A stretch of DNA of 64,000 nucleotides, taken from positions 1,632,001 to 1,696,000 of the forward strand of contig CAVTMK010000002.1 of NCBI GenBank assembly GCA_963735805.1. Direction: 5' to 3'. The notes beneath the pieces are model-generated. The model was not told the origin of the DNA and ran no database searches. It saw only the letters and a program-made list of their open reading frames with translations. Numbering within the stretch: the stretch's first letter is position 1; every line of letters starts with the position of its first letter. This document shows, piece after piece, positions 33,489 to 43,170 of the stretch. The stretch comes from an uncultured Verrucomicrobiae bacterium (GTDB lineage Bacteria > Verrucomicrobiota > Verrucomicrobiia > Chthoniobacterales > UBA10450). Made by a program: the position numbers and the translations under genes.

Positions 33489-35150
33489 TTACTGGCCGGT
33501 CCCTTTGGCTGCCGCTTCCGCTTGGGCCATCTTTTTCGCCAGTTCCGCTTTCACGGCCTCGAGGTTGAAGCTCGCGCCCTTCTGCATCGGTGGGTATTCG
33601 ATGAAGGTCTGGAGTTCTTTGCCGACGACCTGCTGAACGAACACGAAACGCCAGAACTGGAACTTGAACCAATCGAAGTATTGTTGCGCCCCTTCTTTCG
33701 TCCCCTCGTTAGGCCAGCCTTGCCGCTCGAACGGATCGAGACGCAGGTTGATCAGGTAGGGAATGTCCACTTGAGTCTTCGCACCAAGCCAGCCGTTGGG
33801 CTGGTCGATGAAACGATACTTGTAGTCGTCAATGCGAACCGCGCCGACTGTGCTTTCACCGAGGTAGAAGATTTCGTGACGGTTCGATGGGCCCTTGCCA
33901 GTAATGGCAGCCATCTGATCGTAGCCATCCAGGTGATTCTTATAAGTCCGGTCACCGAGTTTCACGCCCTTAAGCAATTGATTAGTGATGTCTGGGTTGC
34001 CGGCTGCATCGAGGAAGGTCGGAAACCAGTCCAGCCCGGAGAAGATACCGTTTTGCACTGAGTCAGCCGGAACATGGCCAGGCCAGCGTAGGAGGCACGG
34101 CACTCGGAAACCACCTTCCATGACTGTCCCTTTGCTCTGTGCGAAAGGTGTCGTGCCGCCATCCGGCCAGGTGAAAAGTTCGGTACCGTTGTCGGTGGTG
34201 AAGACGACGATTGTGTTGTCATCAACGCCCATGTCCTTGAGCTTCTGCATGACCAGGCCGACATCGTCATCGAGCTGGGCCATGCCCGCTTCTTCTTCCG
34301 ACCAGCCATTCTCCGAGTTGCGCATCTTCTCGTACTTGTCGGAAAGATGCGTCACAATGTGCATGCGCGTCGGGTTGAGCCAGCAGAAAAACGGCTTTCC
34401 GTCTTTCTGGGCCTTTTCGATGAACTGCAAGGCTAAGTCGCGAATCTCGTTATCCACGGTCTTCATCCGTTCGGGATAAAGCGTGCCGGCGTCCTCGATC
34501 TTTTGTTTGCCTATCTTACCCCAGCGCGGCATCACTGTTGGGTCGTCCGTGGTTGTTGCCCAGGAATGAACCATGTTGCGCGGGCCGACCTTATCTAACA
34601 AGTCCTGCGGATAGTTAGGATGCGCCGGGTCTTCCATCGCGTCGAGGTGATAGAGATACCCGAAGAACTCGTCGAACCCATGGACAGTCGGCAGGAACTC
34701 ATTGAGATCGCCCAGGTGGTTCTTGCCGAACTGGCCAGTTGCATAACCCTGCGCTTTCAGCGCCGTCGCTATCGTGCACGCCTCTGCTGGTATGCCAATT
34801 TTGGCACCAGCTTGACCGACAGTAGTCATGCCGGTACGAATGGGCAGCTCACCCATGATAAAGTTCGCCCGACCCGCTGTACAACTCGCCTCAGCGTAGT
34901 AATCGGTGAACAGCATGCCTTCCTTGGCAAGCTTATCGAGGTTCGGCGTCCGCCCGGCCATTAACCCGCGATGGTAGGCGCCTATGTTCCACATGCCGAT
35001 GTCATCGCCCATGATGAACAGGATGTTGGGTTTCTTGTCTTGCGCCTGGGCTGGGACGATTGCGCCGAAAAGCGCAGCTGCGCTAGCCATAAGCAGCAAC
35101 AAGCTGTCAGGCACCAAGTTTCGTTTTATTTTGGTTTTTGTTAGTTTCAT
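33489..35150 (-). CDS. Exported arylsulfatase (Cys-type, SCTAGR)
   Basis: [38 protein letters not shown]. Confidence 0.93.
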   Translation of the reverse strand: MKLTKTKIKRNLVPDSLLLLMASAAALFGAIVPAQAQDKKPNILFIMGDDIGMWNIGAYHRGLMAGRTPNLDKLAKEGMLFTDYYAEASCTAGRANFIMGELPIRTGMTTVGQAGAKIGIPAEACTIATALKAQGYATGQFGKNHLGDLNEFLPTVHGFDEFFGYLYHLDAMEDPAHPNYPQDLLDKVGPRNMVHSWATTTDDPTVMPRWGKIGKQKIEDAGTLYPERMKTVDNEIRDLALQFIEKAQKDGKPFFCWLNPTRMHIVTHLSDKYEKMRNSENGWSEEEAGMAQLDDDVGLVMQKLKDMGVDDNTIVVFTTDNGTELFTWPDGGTTPFAQSKGTVMEGGFRVPCLLRWPGHVPADSVQNGIFSGLDWFPTFLDAAGNPDITNQLLKGVKLGDRTYKNHLDGYDQMAAITGKGPSNRHEIFYLGESTVGAVRIDDYKYRFIDQPNGWLGAKTQVDIPYLINLRLDPFERQGWPNEGTKEGAQQYFDWFKFQFWRFVFVQQVVGKELQTFIEYPPMQKGASFNLEAVKAELAKKMAQAEAAAKGTGQ

Positions 35151-35290
35151 TGTGGCTTTCTTGTTATTTGGTTTGGGTCTGTTCTCGTGATTCGTCCCCG
35201 CTCTTACGGGCTATGTCTTTAGCGAAGCCAAGCGGGCGGCCCGTTTTTGAGCCGCCCGCGGTCGTTATCAATTCTTAGGATGGCTATCGA

Positions 35291-37006
35291 CTATTCGCTC
35301 GGGTGGTGCTTGGTCATCTCGTTCACTTGATCGAGCACCTGTTGAAGGTTGTAGCTTGCCGCCAACTGGAGCGGTGGAAAATCCACGTAGGATTTGAGCT
35401 CCTTGAACCACAGGAGCTGGCCGATGGGCAGGAGGTTCCAGTCATACAGATACGCCGTGCTAGGAGCGGCCAGGGCGCCGCCGATAGCCAACGCGCCCTT
35501 CTGATCTGCCCCGACGTTATTCTCGAACGGATCGCGCAGGATATTCTGGAGCTGAGTCCAGTGATAAGTCGTCGCCGGATTAAGTGCATCGACGCCGCTC
35601 GACCCCATCATGGTATAATAGAACTTCCAGTTCTTGTAGCGCACCGCCGAGGGTTCGCGACCCTGGTAATAGAAGAAGACATCGCGATTCGAGTGTTCAG
35701 ACTTTCCGGTGAGATAGTCGATCTGGTTAAACCCATCGAGCTTGGTCTTGACGATGCCCTTGTACTTGCCCGCCATGATCTCCTTGTTCAATTCCTCTCC
35801 TTTGAGGCCGCCGGCGATTTCCACGAACGTGGGCACCCAGTCCAACGAGGCAAACATTTCCTTGAAGATGGTGCCCGGCTTGATGACGCCCGGCCACCGG
35901 ATAACGCATGGAGCGCGCATGCCGCCCTCCCAAGTCGTCAGCTTCCCGGCTTTGAACGGGGTGGTACCGCCGTCGGGGAAGGTCTGAACCTCGGCCCCGT
36001 TGTCGGTGGTGAAGACTACGATGGTGTTGTCGAGTTGACCCATGTCTTCGAGCTTCTGAAGGACAAGGCCGATGTTGTCGTCCATCTGCTTCATGCCGGC
36101 TTCGTTGATGCCCCAATCCTTGCCACCCTTGGTGCCCAGCATGTCCAGATACTTCTGCGACAGCACGGTCGTGACGTGCATGCGGGCCGGGTTGTACCAG
36201 ACGAAGAACGGCTTGTTAGTCTTCTTGGGATCGTTGCGGTCGAGGAAGTCAATCACGTGTGAGGAGATTTCTTCGTCCACCGTTTTCGACCGCTCCAGCG
36301 TGAGTGGACCTTCATCCTTGCCCGTCTGGTTCTTGGCCGTGCCGTCGGGAGACTTCATCCAAATGACAGGACGCGGCGGGGTCATGCAGGTGCCGAGCTT
36401 TGGGTCAACGCCGCCGGGTGGGTTCGGGATCCCAGGGATCGGAATCGTTGTGCACGGCGGCACGACGCCTTGTTCGGTCGGGCTCTTGTTGATGTCCGGG
36501 AAGCTCACCTGCTGCATTGCATCCAGGTGATACAGGTAACCCCAGAACTCCTGGAAGCCGTGTGCAGTCGGCAGTGAATCCGGATTATCGCCCAGATGGT
36601 TCTTGCCGAACTCACCGGTGGTATAGCCCAGATCGTACAGGAACTGGGCGAGCGCCGGCGTACCGGGGCGCAGGTAGGAAATGGCGCCCGGTAACTGCGG
36701 CAGGACCATGCCCGCGCGGTACGGGTGCATTCCGGTGAAGAAGGCGCAGCGCCCGGCGGTGCAGCTGGACTCGGCGTAGTAGTGCATGAACATGCCACCT
36801 TCTTTCGCGAGCCGGTCAATGTTCGGTGTTTCACCGACCATCAAGCCGCGATGATAGCAACTCGGCTGCATCCAGCCGATATCATCGCCCATGATGAACA
36901 GGATGTTGGGTTTCTTGTCTTGCGCCTGGGCCGGAGCAACCACGCACATTAGCGCGGCTATTCCACCTAGGATAGCGCAACTAGGACTAGTTAGCTTGCG
37001 TTTCAT
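35291..37006 (-). CDS. Exported arylsulfatase (Cys-type, SCTAGR)
   Basis: [38 protein letters not shown]. Confidence 0.93.
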   Translation of the reverse strand: MKRKLTSPSCAILGGIAALMCVVAPAQAQDKKPNILFIMGDDIGWMQPSCYHRGLMVGETPNIDRLAKEGGMFMHYYAESSCTAGRCAFFTGMHPYRAGMVLPQLPGAISYLRPGTPALAQFLYDLGYTTGEFGKNHLGDNPDSLPTAHGFQEFWGYLYHLDAMQQVSFPDINKSPTEQGVVPPCTTIPIPGIPNPPGGVDPKLGTCMTPPRPVIWMKSPDGTAKNQTGKDEGPLTLERSKTVDEEISSHVIDFLDRNDPKKTNKPFFVWYNPARMHVTTVLSQKYLDMLGTKGGKDWGINEAGMKQMDDNIGLVLQKLEDMGQLDNTIVVFTTDNGAEVQTFPDGGTTPFKAGKLTTWEGGMRAPCVIRWPGVIKPGTIFKEMFASLDWVPTFVEIAGGLKGEELNKEIMAGKYKGIVKTKLDGFNQIDYLTGKSEHSNRDVFFYYQGREPSAVRYKNWKFYYTMMGSSGVDALNPATTYHWTQLQNILRDPFENNVGADQKGALAIGGALAAPSTAYLYDWNLLPIGQLLWFKELKSYVDFPPLQLAASYNLQQVLDQVNEMTKHHPSE

Positions 37007-37095
37007 TAACGTGTTCCTTTCTGTATTCTTGGTTGTTGCAAGGTAAATTTTTCAAATGTTTAATGCTTTTGTGTTACTTGAGTTACGGTTCGCTT

Positions 37096-38772
37096 TTATC
37101 CGCCTGAAGGCACGGCTTTCGGCAGGTTTTGCGGGTCGAGCAGCGGCAGCGGGTTCTTAGGATGCTGCAGGTCCGGTATCAGGTCGTTCGATGCACCACC
37201 CGGGAAACGCTGGATACTCGGATACTTCATTATCGATTTGTCGAAATTTAATAGCGCAACCGAAAACAACCCGGCCGTCCAGCCGTTGTCTTCGCCAGCA
37301 TATCGTCCCGGCGAGCTCTTCAACCCATTCATTTCACCTTCGGCTCCGTTGAAGATCATGTCGTATCTCTCAAATGGATCCATAGTGAGGTTGTACACCG
37401 CCGGAATCGAACCCAGCCCCTGAGTCGGTCCGAGCCAGGAATCCTTTGCAGTCCAAACGAACTTCCACGCGATGTTTAGCCATGGCTCCTTGGAATCCCC
37501 GCCGATATCAACGCGTATGGCATTGAGATACTCGCCGTTAACGTAGATCCACGATTTGCGCGCGGAGTGCGGCGACTTGCCCAGGATGTAGGCGCTGTTG
37601 TCGATGCTGTCGAAGTAGATCGGCTTGCCATTGTTGTCTTTCATTTCGCCTGTGGGCGGAGGAGTGATACCCGCCATCGCCGCCAGCGTTGACCAGCAAT
37701 CGATGTGCGACATCATTTCGCCGTACTGCACATCCGCCGGAATGTGTCCGGGCCATGTCATGATGGCAGGCACACGCCAGCCACCTTCGAACGCTGAACC
37801 CTTTTCTCCGCGGAACGGGGTGGTGCCGGCGTCAGGATAGGCATCAAGCCATGCGCCGTTGTCAGCAGTCAGGATGACGATGGTGTTGGGCGCGTACTCC
37901 CGAATGGCATCCAGCACCTTACCAATGTCAGCGTCCATTTCCATCAGCGAATCGGAATAGTCACCCAAGTGCGACTTGCCGCGGAAATCCGGCGCCGCAT
38001 TGGTCGGGTTGTGCATCTTGATCCAGTTCACGTCCATGAAGAACGGTTTGCCTCCCGTGGCGTGAGTCTTGATGTAGTCCACTGCGTAGTCGGCCTGGCG
38101 CTCGTCCATCGTTGCCATATAATCATAGGTGATTGTGGCAACCTTCTTTGCGGGCTGGCCGGCCATGCCTTCCCACTCACTCAGGTTCACAACGGAATCC
38201 CACATTTTTTCAAAGTCCGCGTTGTACGATGGAAACCAGGGATGGAACCACTTGCTGGTGTCAGGATAGGAATAGACGCCTGCGTAGTAAGCAGCGAACT
38301 CTTTCATCTCGTCGAAGCCATGATTGGTTGGATAGGCCACAGGTTTGTCGCCAAGATGCCACTTACCCGAAAAGTAGGTGGTGTAGCCGTTCTTTTTGAA
38401 GAACTCGGCGATGGTTGGAGTCTCGGGGCGAAGGTAATTCTCGTCACCCGGAGCCACCACGATCGACAGCGCCGAGCGGATCGGGATTCGCCCCGTGATG
38501 AAGGACGCGCGACCGGCGGTGCAGCTCGCCTGTCCGTACCAGCTGGTGAAGACGGCGCCCTCTTTAGCCATCCTGTCGATGTTGGGTGTGGGATGCCCGA
38601 GGCTCATCCCTCCTCCCGAGTAGGCACCAAAATCGTTCCATCCGGTGTCGTCGGTCATCAGCATGACGATGTTGGGTTTCTTGTCTTCCGCCTGAACTGG
38701 GGCGACCGCGCTGAAAAGCGCAGCCGTAGCTATAAGAAGCGATAGGCCGCTATGGATTAAGTTTCGTTTCAT
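37096..38772 (-). CDS. Exported arylsulfatase (Cys-type, SCTAGR)
   Basis: KPNIVMLMTDD, SCTAGRA, GKWHLGD, ADNG, EGGWRVP. Confidence 0.93.
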   Translation of the reverse strand: MKRNLIHSGLSLLIATAALFSAVAPVQAEDKKPNIVMLMTDDTGWNDFGAYSGGGMSLGHPTPNIDRMAKEGAVFTSWYGQASCTAGRASFITGRIPIRSALSIVVAPGDENYLRPETPTIAEFFKKNGYTTYFSGKWHLGDKPVAYPTNHGFDEMKEFAAYYAGVYSYPDTSKWFHPWFPSYNADFEKMWDSVVNLSEWEGMAGQPAKKVATITYDYMATMDERQADYAVDYIKTHATGGKPFFMDVNWIKMHNPTNAAPDFRGKSHLGDYSDSLMEMDADIGKVLDAIREYAPNTIVILTADNGAWLDAYPDAGTTPFRGEKGSAFEGGWRVPAIMTWPGHIPADVQYGEMMSHIDCWSTLAAMAGITPPPTGEMKDNNGKPIYFDSIDNSAYILGKSPHSARKSWIYVNGEYLNAIRVDIGGDSKEPWLNIAWKFVWTAKDSWLGPTQGLGSIPAVYNLTMDPFERYDMIFNGAEGEMNGLKSSPGRYAGEDNGWTAGLFSVALLNFDKSIMKYPSIQRFPGGASNDLIPDLQHPKNPLPLLDPQNLPKAVPSGG

Positions 38773-38860
38773 TTTGGTTGTGTTGTTATCTGGTTTTGTG
38801 TCTGTGGAGGGATTGTTGAATTAAATGGTGTGACTCATGAAGTTTGATCAATCCTGCGTC

Positions 38861-39316
38861 CTAGAACCGCCCAACGCCACCTATCCGTCCTACCCCTACC
38901 CCATAACCCATTCGCCCCCAGCCCATGCCCCAGCCACCCCATGTATCCCACTGCATTGCTGCGTCCTGATACGCCTCTGCAGTTTGGAGGTTCTCTTGTG
39001 CAAGCTGCTTTTGAGCACGCATTTGCTGATAAGCCTGGTACTCGTGCGGTCCACCCACATAGACCAGGTTCTGCGGCGGGTCCGCGACAATGTAGTAGGT
39101 TCTCCCGTTTTTTTGGATCGTGACGACCTGGCCGGTTTGAAGTTGTTTGAGCTTTTGCTGTTGCGCGGGCGTCTTGGGAGTGATCGTCTTAAAGCCGGCG
39201 GCTACGAGCATGTTCGCTTTTTCCTGCGTTATGGTCGTCGTGGTGGCGCACCCAGCCATCAACGCTAACAGAGCGATGATACTGATCGTGCTGAATAAGG
39301 TTTGTATCTGTTTCAT
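38861..39316 (-). CDS. Small lipoprotein, paralog 5
   Basis: MAGC lipobox; LVAAGFKTITPKTP.Q, GRTYYIV.D, YVGG; Gly/Trp/Arg tail. Confidence 0.8.
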   Translation of the reverse strand: MKQIQTLFSTISIIALLALMAGCATTTTITQEKANMLVAAGFKTITPKTPAQQQKLKQLQTGQVVTIQKNGRTYYIVADPPQNLVYVGGPHEYQAYQQMRAQKQLAQENLQTAEAYQDAAMQWDTWGGWGMGWGRMGYGVGVGRIGGVGRF

Positions 39317-39460
39317 GATTCTTGGTTCCTTGCAGGTTGATTTATTTTTGATTTGCCATCGACGGCCGATCGCAAGCACGCACGCCACCGATTCGCCCTT
39401 GGGTCCGTCCGAACTAAAGCCATCGAACGCTCATTTTGCCGGCGCGCGCCTTGCCGAACA

Positions 39461-39478
39461 ATAGGACTTTGGTCGTAC
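39461..39478 (-). promoter_or_regulatory. Regulon box upstream of lipoprotein 5 and the sulfatase trio
   Basis: ATAGGACTTTGGTCGTAC; minus strand TTGTTC-N17-CAAAAT (39433-39438). Confidence 0.78.
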
Positions 39479-39620
39479 CACGTTTGGCCGATCGCATTAT
39501 TTCAAAACCGAGCAGGAGGGTGAAAGAATGAATCTTAGCGTGTAGGATGCCGTACTACATCGCCGTCTTAAGCTAAGGACTAATGTAATTGTTCTACGAT
39601 TACTTGCGTATGTTGAAGGG

Positions 39621-40280
39621 TCAGATTCGGGGCAGATTAAGCAATTGCCACAGCGGAAAACAAAGCAAGAGGCAGGCCAGAATCATAAAAACGACGCGTG
39701 CGGTCTTAATGCGAAAGCGCTGTCCAATCGCCGTAATTAAAAGTACCGTAGCCAGGAGAACTGTGATGCGCACATACTGATCTCCCGTTTCTCCGGACTT
39801 TGTGCCCTGATCCGCTATGTCCGTAGCCTGCTTGTTCAAATCAAGGAACTTCTCGTGCTTGGCGTCATGGTATTCGGGCATGAAGATTGGGCCCGGTGGC
39901 GCTTGCGTATTGTTGAAAGGATCGGTCTTCATCCAGGCCGTAAATGCGCGGCGATACTCGGCGCGAAAGCGCCGCTCCAAGAACTCCGCCTCTTTCTCCT
40001 TGCCGTCCAGCTTTGCAGCAAGCCAAGTATTGAAGGTATCGCTGTCGTAGATGCGTTCCTGTCCTGCCAGGGTGGCAAGGCCCTCCGCAGTAACCCTGAG
40101 CCGGCTTGCCTTGGCGTACTCCTCTGCGCGGTCTCCAGCCCATTTTGCTGCCTGATAACCGCTCCATGCCGTGGCCACGGCGACGAGAGCGAGTATCACC
40201 GCTTCGATAATTTCAATCGTTTCAAAATGGGACTGAGAAGAAGAGACGTTCTCGCGCACTTGATTTAGTTTTCTGATCAC
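39621..40280 (-). CDS. Conserved hypothetical membrane protein (DUF4337-like topology)
   Basis: LVAVATAWSGYQA TM, soluble helical domain, two C-terminal TMs. Confidence 0.7.
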   Translation of the reverse strand: MIRKLNQVRENVSSSQSHFETIEIIEAVILALVAVATAWSGYQAAKWAGDRAEEYAKASRLRVTAEGLATLAGQERIYDSDTFNTWLAAKLDGKEKEAEFLERRFRAEYRRAFTAWMKTDPFNNTQAPPGPIFMPEYHDAKHEKFLDLNKQATDIADQGTKSGETGDQYVRITVLLATVLLITAIGQRFRIKTARVVFMILACLLLCFPLWQLLNLPRI

Positions 40281-40344
40281 ATAGCCCAGACCGGTCCAAC
40301 TGACTCTAGCATAGCCAAACTATTCGCACGGAAATCACACCTGA

Positions 40345-40926
40345 CTACTGAGAGCTGCCCGGCATCAGGTGTTCGTCGATCCGTTTTGAGCTCGACGGAA
40401 TCAAATGTCCGTCCTGATCGAAGCTAAGCTGGATGACCCAGTTGTAGACCGAACCGGGCCATTTCCCATTCGGCAGAAAGGTTTTGGGGTCTGCTCCCAA
40501 TGCACCGACCAGAGCGGGAATGTATGGGTGACGCCAACAGATCAGAATCACTTTTCCCTGTTGGTTCGCACGCAAATCAGCCGCCAGTTCAGCGGACTGA
40601 CTGTTGCCGAAACGCGTATCGATTTTCAATTTTGCCGTCTTCGCAAACGGTTCCAGTGTTAGACGCGGCCGGTGGCTTTTCTTTGAGTCTTTGGCAGCAA
40701 AAACTGCCTCGGGTTCCAGCCGCTTCGAATCGACGGCAAAATTTTGGAAGTAATTCTGGTATGCTTCAGCCCGCTTTTCGCCAAGAGGCGATATCCCGTC
40801 GCCGCTATCGGCGTCTTCCGCATGACGAATGATCAGTACGACTGAATTTTTTGGGCCATCTTGTGCATTCGCTGTTACTGCGAGCGTGAAACCAAAAAGG
40901 ACGGCGATGAAGAGACATCTGTGCAT
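40345..40926 (-). CDS. Exported histidine-phosphatase superfamily protein
   Basis: Signal peptide, IIRHAE, G..RA, RP..T, ICWRH. Confidence 0.75.
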   Translation of the reverse strand: MHRCLFIAVLFGFTLAVTANAQDGPKNSVVLIIRHAEDADSGDGISPLGEKRAEAYQNYFQNFAVDSKRLEPEAVFAAKDSKKSHRPRLTLEPFAKTAKLKIDTRFGNSQSAELAADLRANQQGKVILICWRHPYIPALVGALGADPKTFLPNGKWPGSVYNWVIQLSFDQDGHLIPSSSKRIDEHLMPGSSQ

Positions 40927-40964
40927 CCAGGTCACGATGAGTCGCCCGCGGCAATCAAGCAAGC

Positions 40965-41888
40965 TTACACCACGTCAACGTTGATCTTGGAGACGTTGTG
41001 CTTCTTCAAGCTCGATCGCACTTCAGCCTCCAGTTGCATTGGGTCAATTCCGCTCGGGATATAGAGAAGAAACACCATCTGTCCCTTGTCTTCATAGAGC
41101 GCAGAACTTTGAAGACGACATTTGTGGGACACGAGCAACGATTGCACCGTGCCAAAGACCGGCTTTGGATCTTCTCCGTCGTCGAGTCGGATCCTGACCC
41201 GGCAGCTCGAGTGCGAATCAAGCCAGAACAAAAGTAACCAGGTAAAAGCGGTAACGAACACGGCCATTGCCCACGACCCCATACCGCAGGCTAGCCCAAC
41301 GACCACAACTGTGATTGCTTTCCCAGTCAGTTTCGGATTGTCAAGCACGGTTCGAAATCGCAACAGCGCGCCGATGCCGAAGATGACAAACGCGAGCGTC
41401 TGGCTGGTGCCGGTCAGTTCAGCGATCACCGCGCCAACCACTCCCAGGAGTATAAGAGCCTTGCGCTCCTCAAGGTCGGCCAGCGGATCGGCAAGTGACG
41501 CGCGACGCGGATGCCACGCGATCACCCAGGCGCAGCCCACCGCGAGCATGAGACTCAGGAAAAGGCGAAAGATGAAATCCGGATGCCCGAACTGTTCGAT
41601 GCTCTGCTGGATCGACATCCATGAATTGCCCTTGGGATCTATGCCGCCCGTGACTCCGTGTTTAGCTAACTCTTCCGCCGGATTGGCGCCGAACGCTGCC
41701 GAGGATAAGACAGCAAGAAAGGCGATAACAAAAACAATACTGACAGTACGGAGTGCCGATCCAAGACGGCGATCCCCCCAAAGAGGACGCGATGATGTTT
41801 TATAAATGGAGCTGATCGGAATTTTTTCCTTTCGCATTTCGAGCTCACGGAAAATTACGCTCGACCTATTCATTTTCGCTGGAGTCAT
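40965..41888 (-). CDS. Membrane protein, DUF4956/MgtC-SapB-like
   Basis: AF.IFGIGALLRFRT, VGLACGMG; C-terminal ACT-like domain. Start uncertain. Confidence 0.65.
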   Translation of the reverse strand: MTPAKMNRSSVIFRELEMRKEKIPISSIYKTSSRPLWGDRRLGSALRTVSIVFVIAFLAVLSSAAFGANPAEELAKHGVTGGIDPKGNSWMSIQQSIEQFGHPDFIFRLFLSLMLAVGCAWVIAWHPRRASLADPLADLEERKALILLGVVGAVIAELTGTSQTLAFVIFGIGALLRFRTVLDNPKLTGKAITVVVVGLACGMGSWAMAVFVTAFTWLLLFWLDSHSSCRVRIRLDDGEDPKPVFGTVQSLLVSHKCRLQSSALYEDKGQMVFLLYIPSGIDPMQLEAEVRSSLKKHNVSKINVDVV

Positions 41889-41991
41889 TTTTCTTATTAA
41901 CCGACCGCTGGCGCCAATTTACGCCGGTACACGGCTATCTCCCAGCATGCTACTGCGAGATTCACCGACCCGACAAGATAAACTTTTCTAT

Positions 41992-42390
41992 TTAATAGGT
42001 TGGCACCGTCTGACCATGGTTTCTTACCAAAGCCAAGGTCTGTCCCGACCAGGCTGCAGTATAAGAATATGTCTGCCCTGCCTGTATTGTCAGGGTTTTT
42101 CGTCCTGGGTGCTTCCCGGCCTGATAGGGGTCAACGCGGATGGTAATCGTGTGTTGGCCCGCCGTTAAGTAGCCACTGTAACTTCGGCCCTCGGTAAAGC
42201 TTCCCACATCCTTGCCATCTACAGACACGACAAGGCTGAGATCGCTTCCGAAGTTTGCGACCCGATTAATGAGCAGATGACCTGAATTCGGCGGTATTGG
42301 GCCGGTGGTCTGGTTAGTTGAACAACCTGCGAAGATCAGGCACGCGCATGCCGCAATGGCGATGTAAATGATTGAACTATATTTTTTCAT
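41992..42390 (-). CDS. Small beta-rich lipoprotein (DUF2846-like)
   Basis: FAGC lipobox; VSVDGK, L.AGQHTI, AGQTY. Confidence 0.7.
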   Translation of the reverse strand: MKKYSSIIYIAIAACACLIFAGCSTNQTTGPIPPNSGHLLINRVANFGSDLSLVVSVDGKDVGSFTEGRSYSGYLTAGQHTITIRVDPYQAGKHPGRKTLTIQAGQTYSYTAAWSGQTLALVRNHGQTVPTY

Positions 42391-42451
42391 GGGTTGGACT
42401 CCTTTGTTTTTTATGAGCAATATGGTGTGCTCGCGATGATTCTATCTGTCT

Positions 42452-42469
42452 ATAGGACCTTAGGGCAAT
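42452..42469 (-). promoter_or_regulatory. Regulon box upstream of the 42390 lipoprotein
   Basis: ATAGGACCTTAGGGCAAT (17/18 consensus). No -10-like hexamer in the usual phase. Confidence 0.8.
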
Positions 42470-42529
42470 AGCGAAAACGGAGTCCTGGTAGGCGCTCGTG
42501 CCGTATCGGAGGGCCAATTCTTATTACCT

Positions 42530-42715
42530 TTATTTCCCGATCTGCTGCAACGCGTTCAGCATCGGTTCACTGGAAATCCCGATCAGGCCGCCGAAGGGCT
42601 CATCCAACTCCAGGATCAGGAAAATAGCGCCGGAAACGGCAAGCGCCGAGACCATCAAAGCGAGGATAGTAGTGGCATTGGGCGGCGCGAGCACGCTGAA
42701 GCCGAGGAAAATGAT
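42530..42715 (-). pseudogene. 3' fragment of a second DUF4239 gene
   Basis: IIFLGFSVLAPPNATTILAL...FLILELDEPFGGLIGISSEPMLNAL is clearly paralogous to the C-terminus of 10200-10955. No start codon. Confidence 0.85.
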
Positions 42716-42907
42716 TCAGCCATTCAAATCTGGAATCGCGCGCCACGTTAGCCCGCCATGCAGTGGCTTGGGCTCGGCTGAACCAGTCTGAATACGCCAG
42801 TAATTGACGCCCGGCATCTGTTCCACCTGCCAGCCGAAAACGCTCCGATAAAAATCAGCAAGCTTAGCTGGCTCTTCACCGTAGATTTCGAAGTGTGTTA
42901 CGGACAT
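42716..42907 (-). pseudogene. 5' half of a VOC/glyoxalase family gene
   Basis: MSVTHFEIYG...FYRSVFGW...YW.I...HGG, truncated at about 63 aa by TGA. Confidence 0.8.
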
Positions 42908-42943
42908 TGTCATTTAGTTTGTCACATCTGCGGTGAGATGCCT

Positions 42944-42962
42944 ATGGGACTTTTAGGGCAAT
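42944..42962 (-). promoter_or_regulatory. Regulon box upstream of the VOC fragment
   Basis: ATGGGACTTTTAGGGCAAT (one extra T); TGA-CAAACT extended -10 at 42916-42921. Confidence 0.8.
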
Positions 42963-42974
42963 GGCTGTCGCAGG

Positions 42975-43006
42975 CGTTAAATCATTAAATCGTTGAAGCG
43001 TTACAA
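42975..43006. repeat. 8-bp tandem repeat (CGTTAAAT-like) x4
   Basis: CGTTAAAT CATTAAAT CGTTGAAG CGTTACAA. Confidence 0.7.
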
Positions 43007-43051
43007 CGGTAGATTACGTATAGATATTATGGGCGATAAGCTCATCAATGT

Positions 43052-43125
43052 TGTAGCCACGCCCCTGCGGGGCGTTTCTTTAGTTTGAGCGGTTGTTCCG
43101 GACGGCGCACAGCGCCGTGGCTACA
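43052..43125. repeat. GTAG-type REP doublet (REPIN-like)
   Basis: TGTAGCCACGCCCCTGCGGGGCGT ... ACGGCGCACAGCGCCGTGGCTACA: two inverted GTAG-headed palindromes. Confidence 0.75.
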
Positions 43126-43170
43126 GGACTTTGGATACTTAGCGATTCGCTGCTGGTAGTCGTCTCGCCG

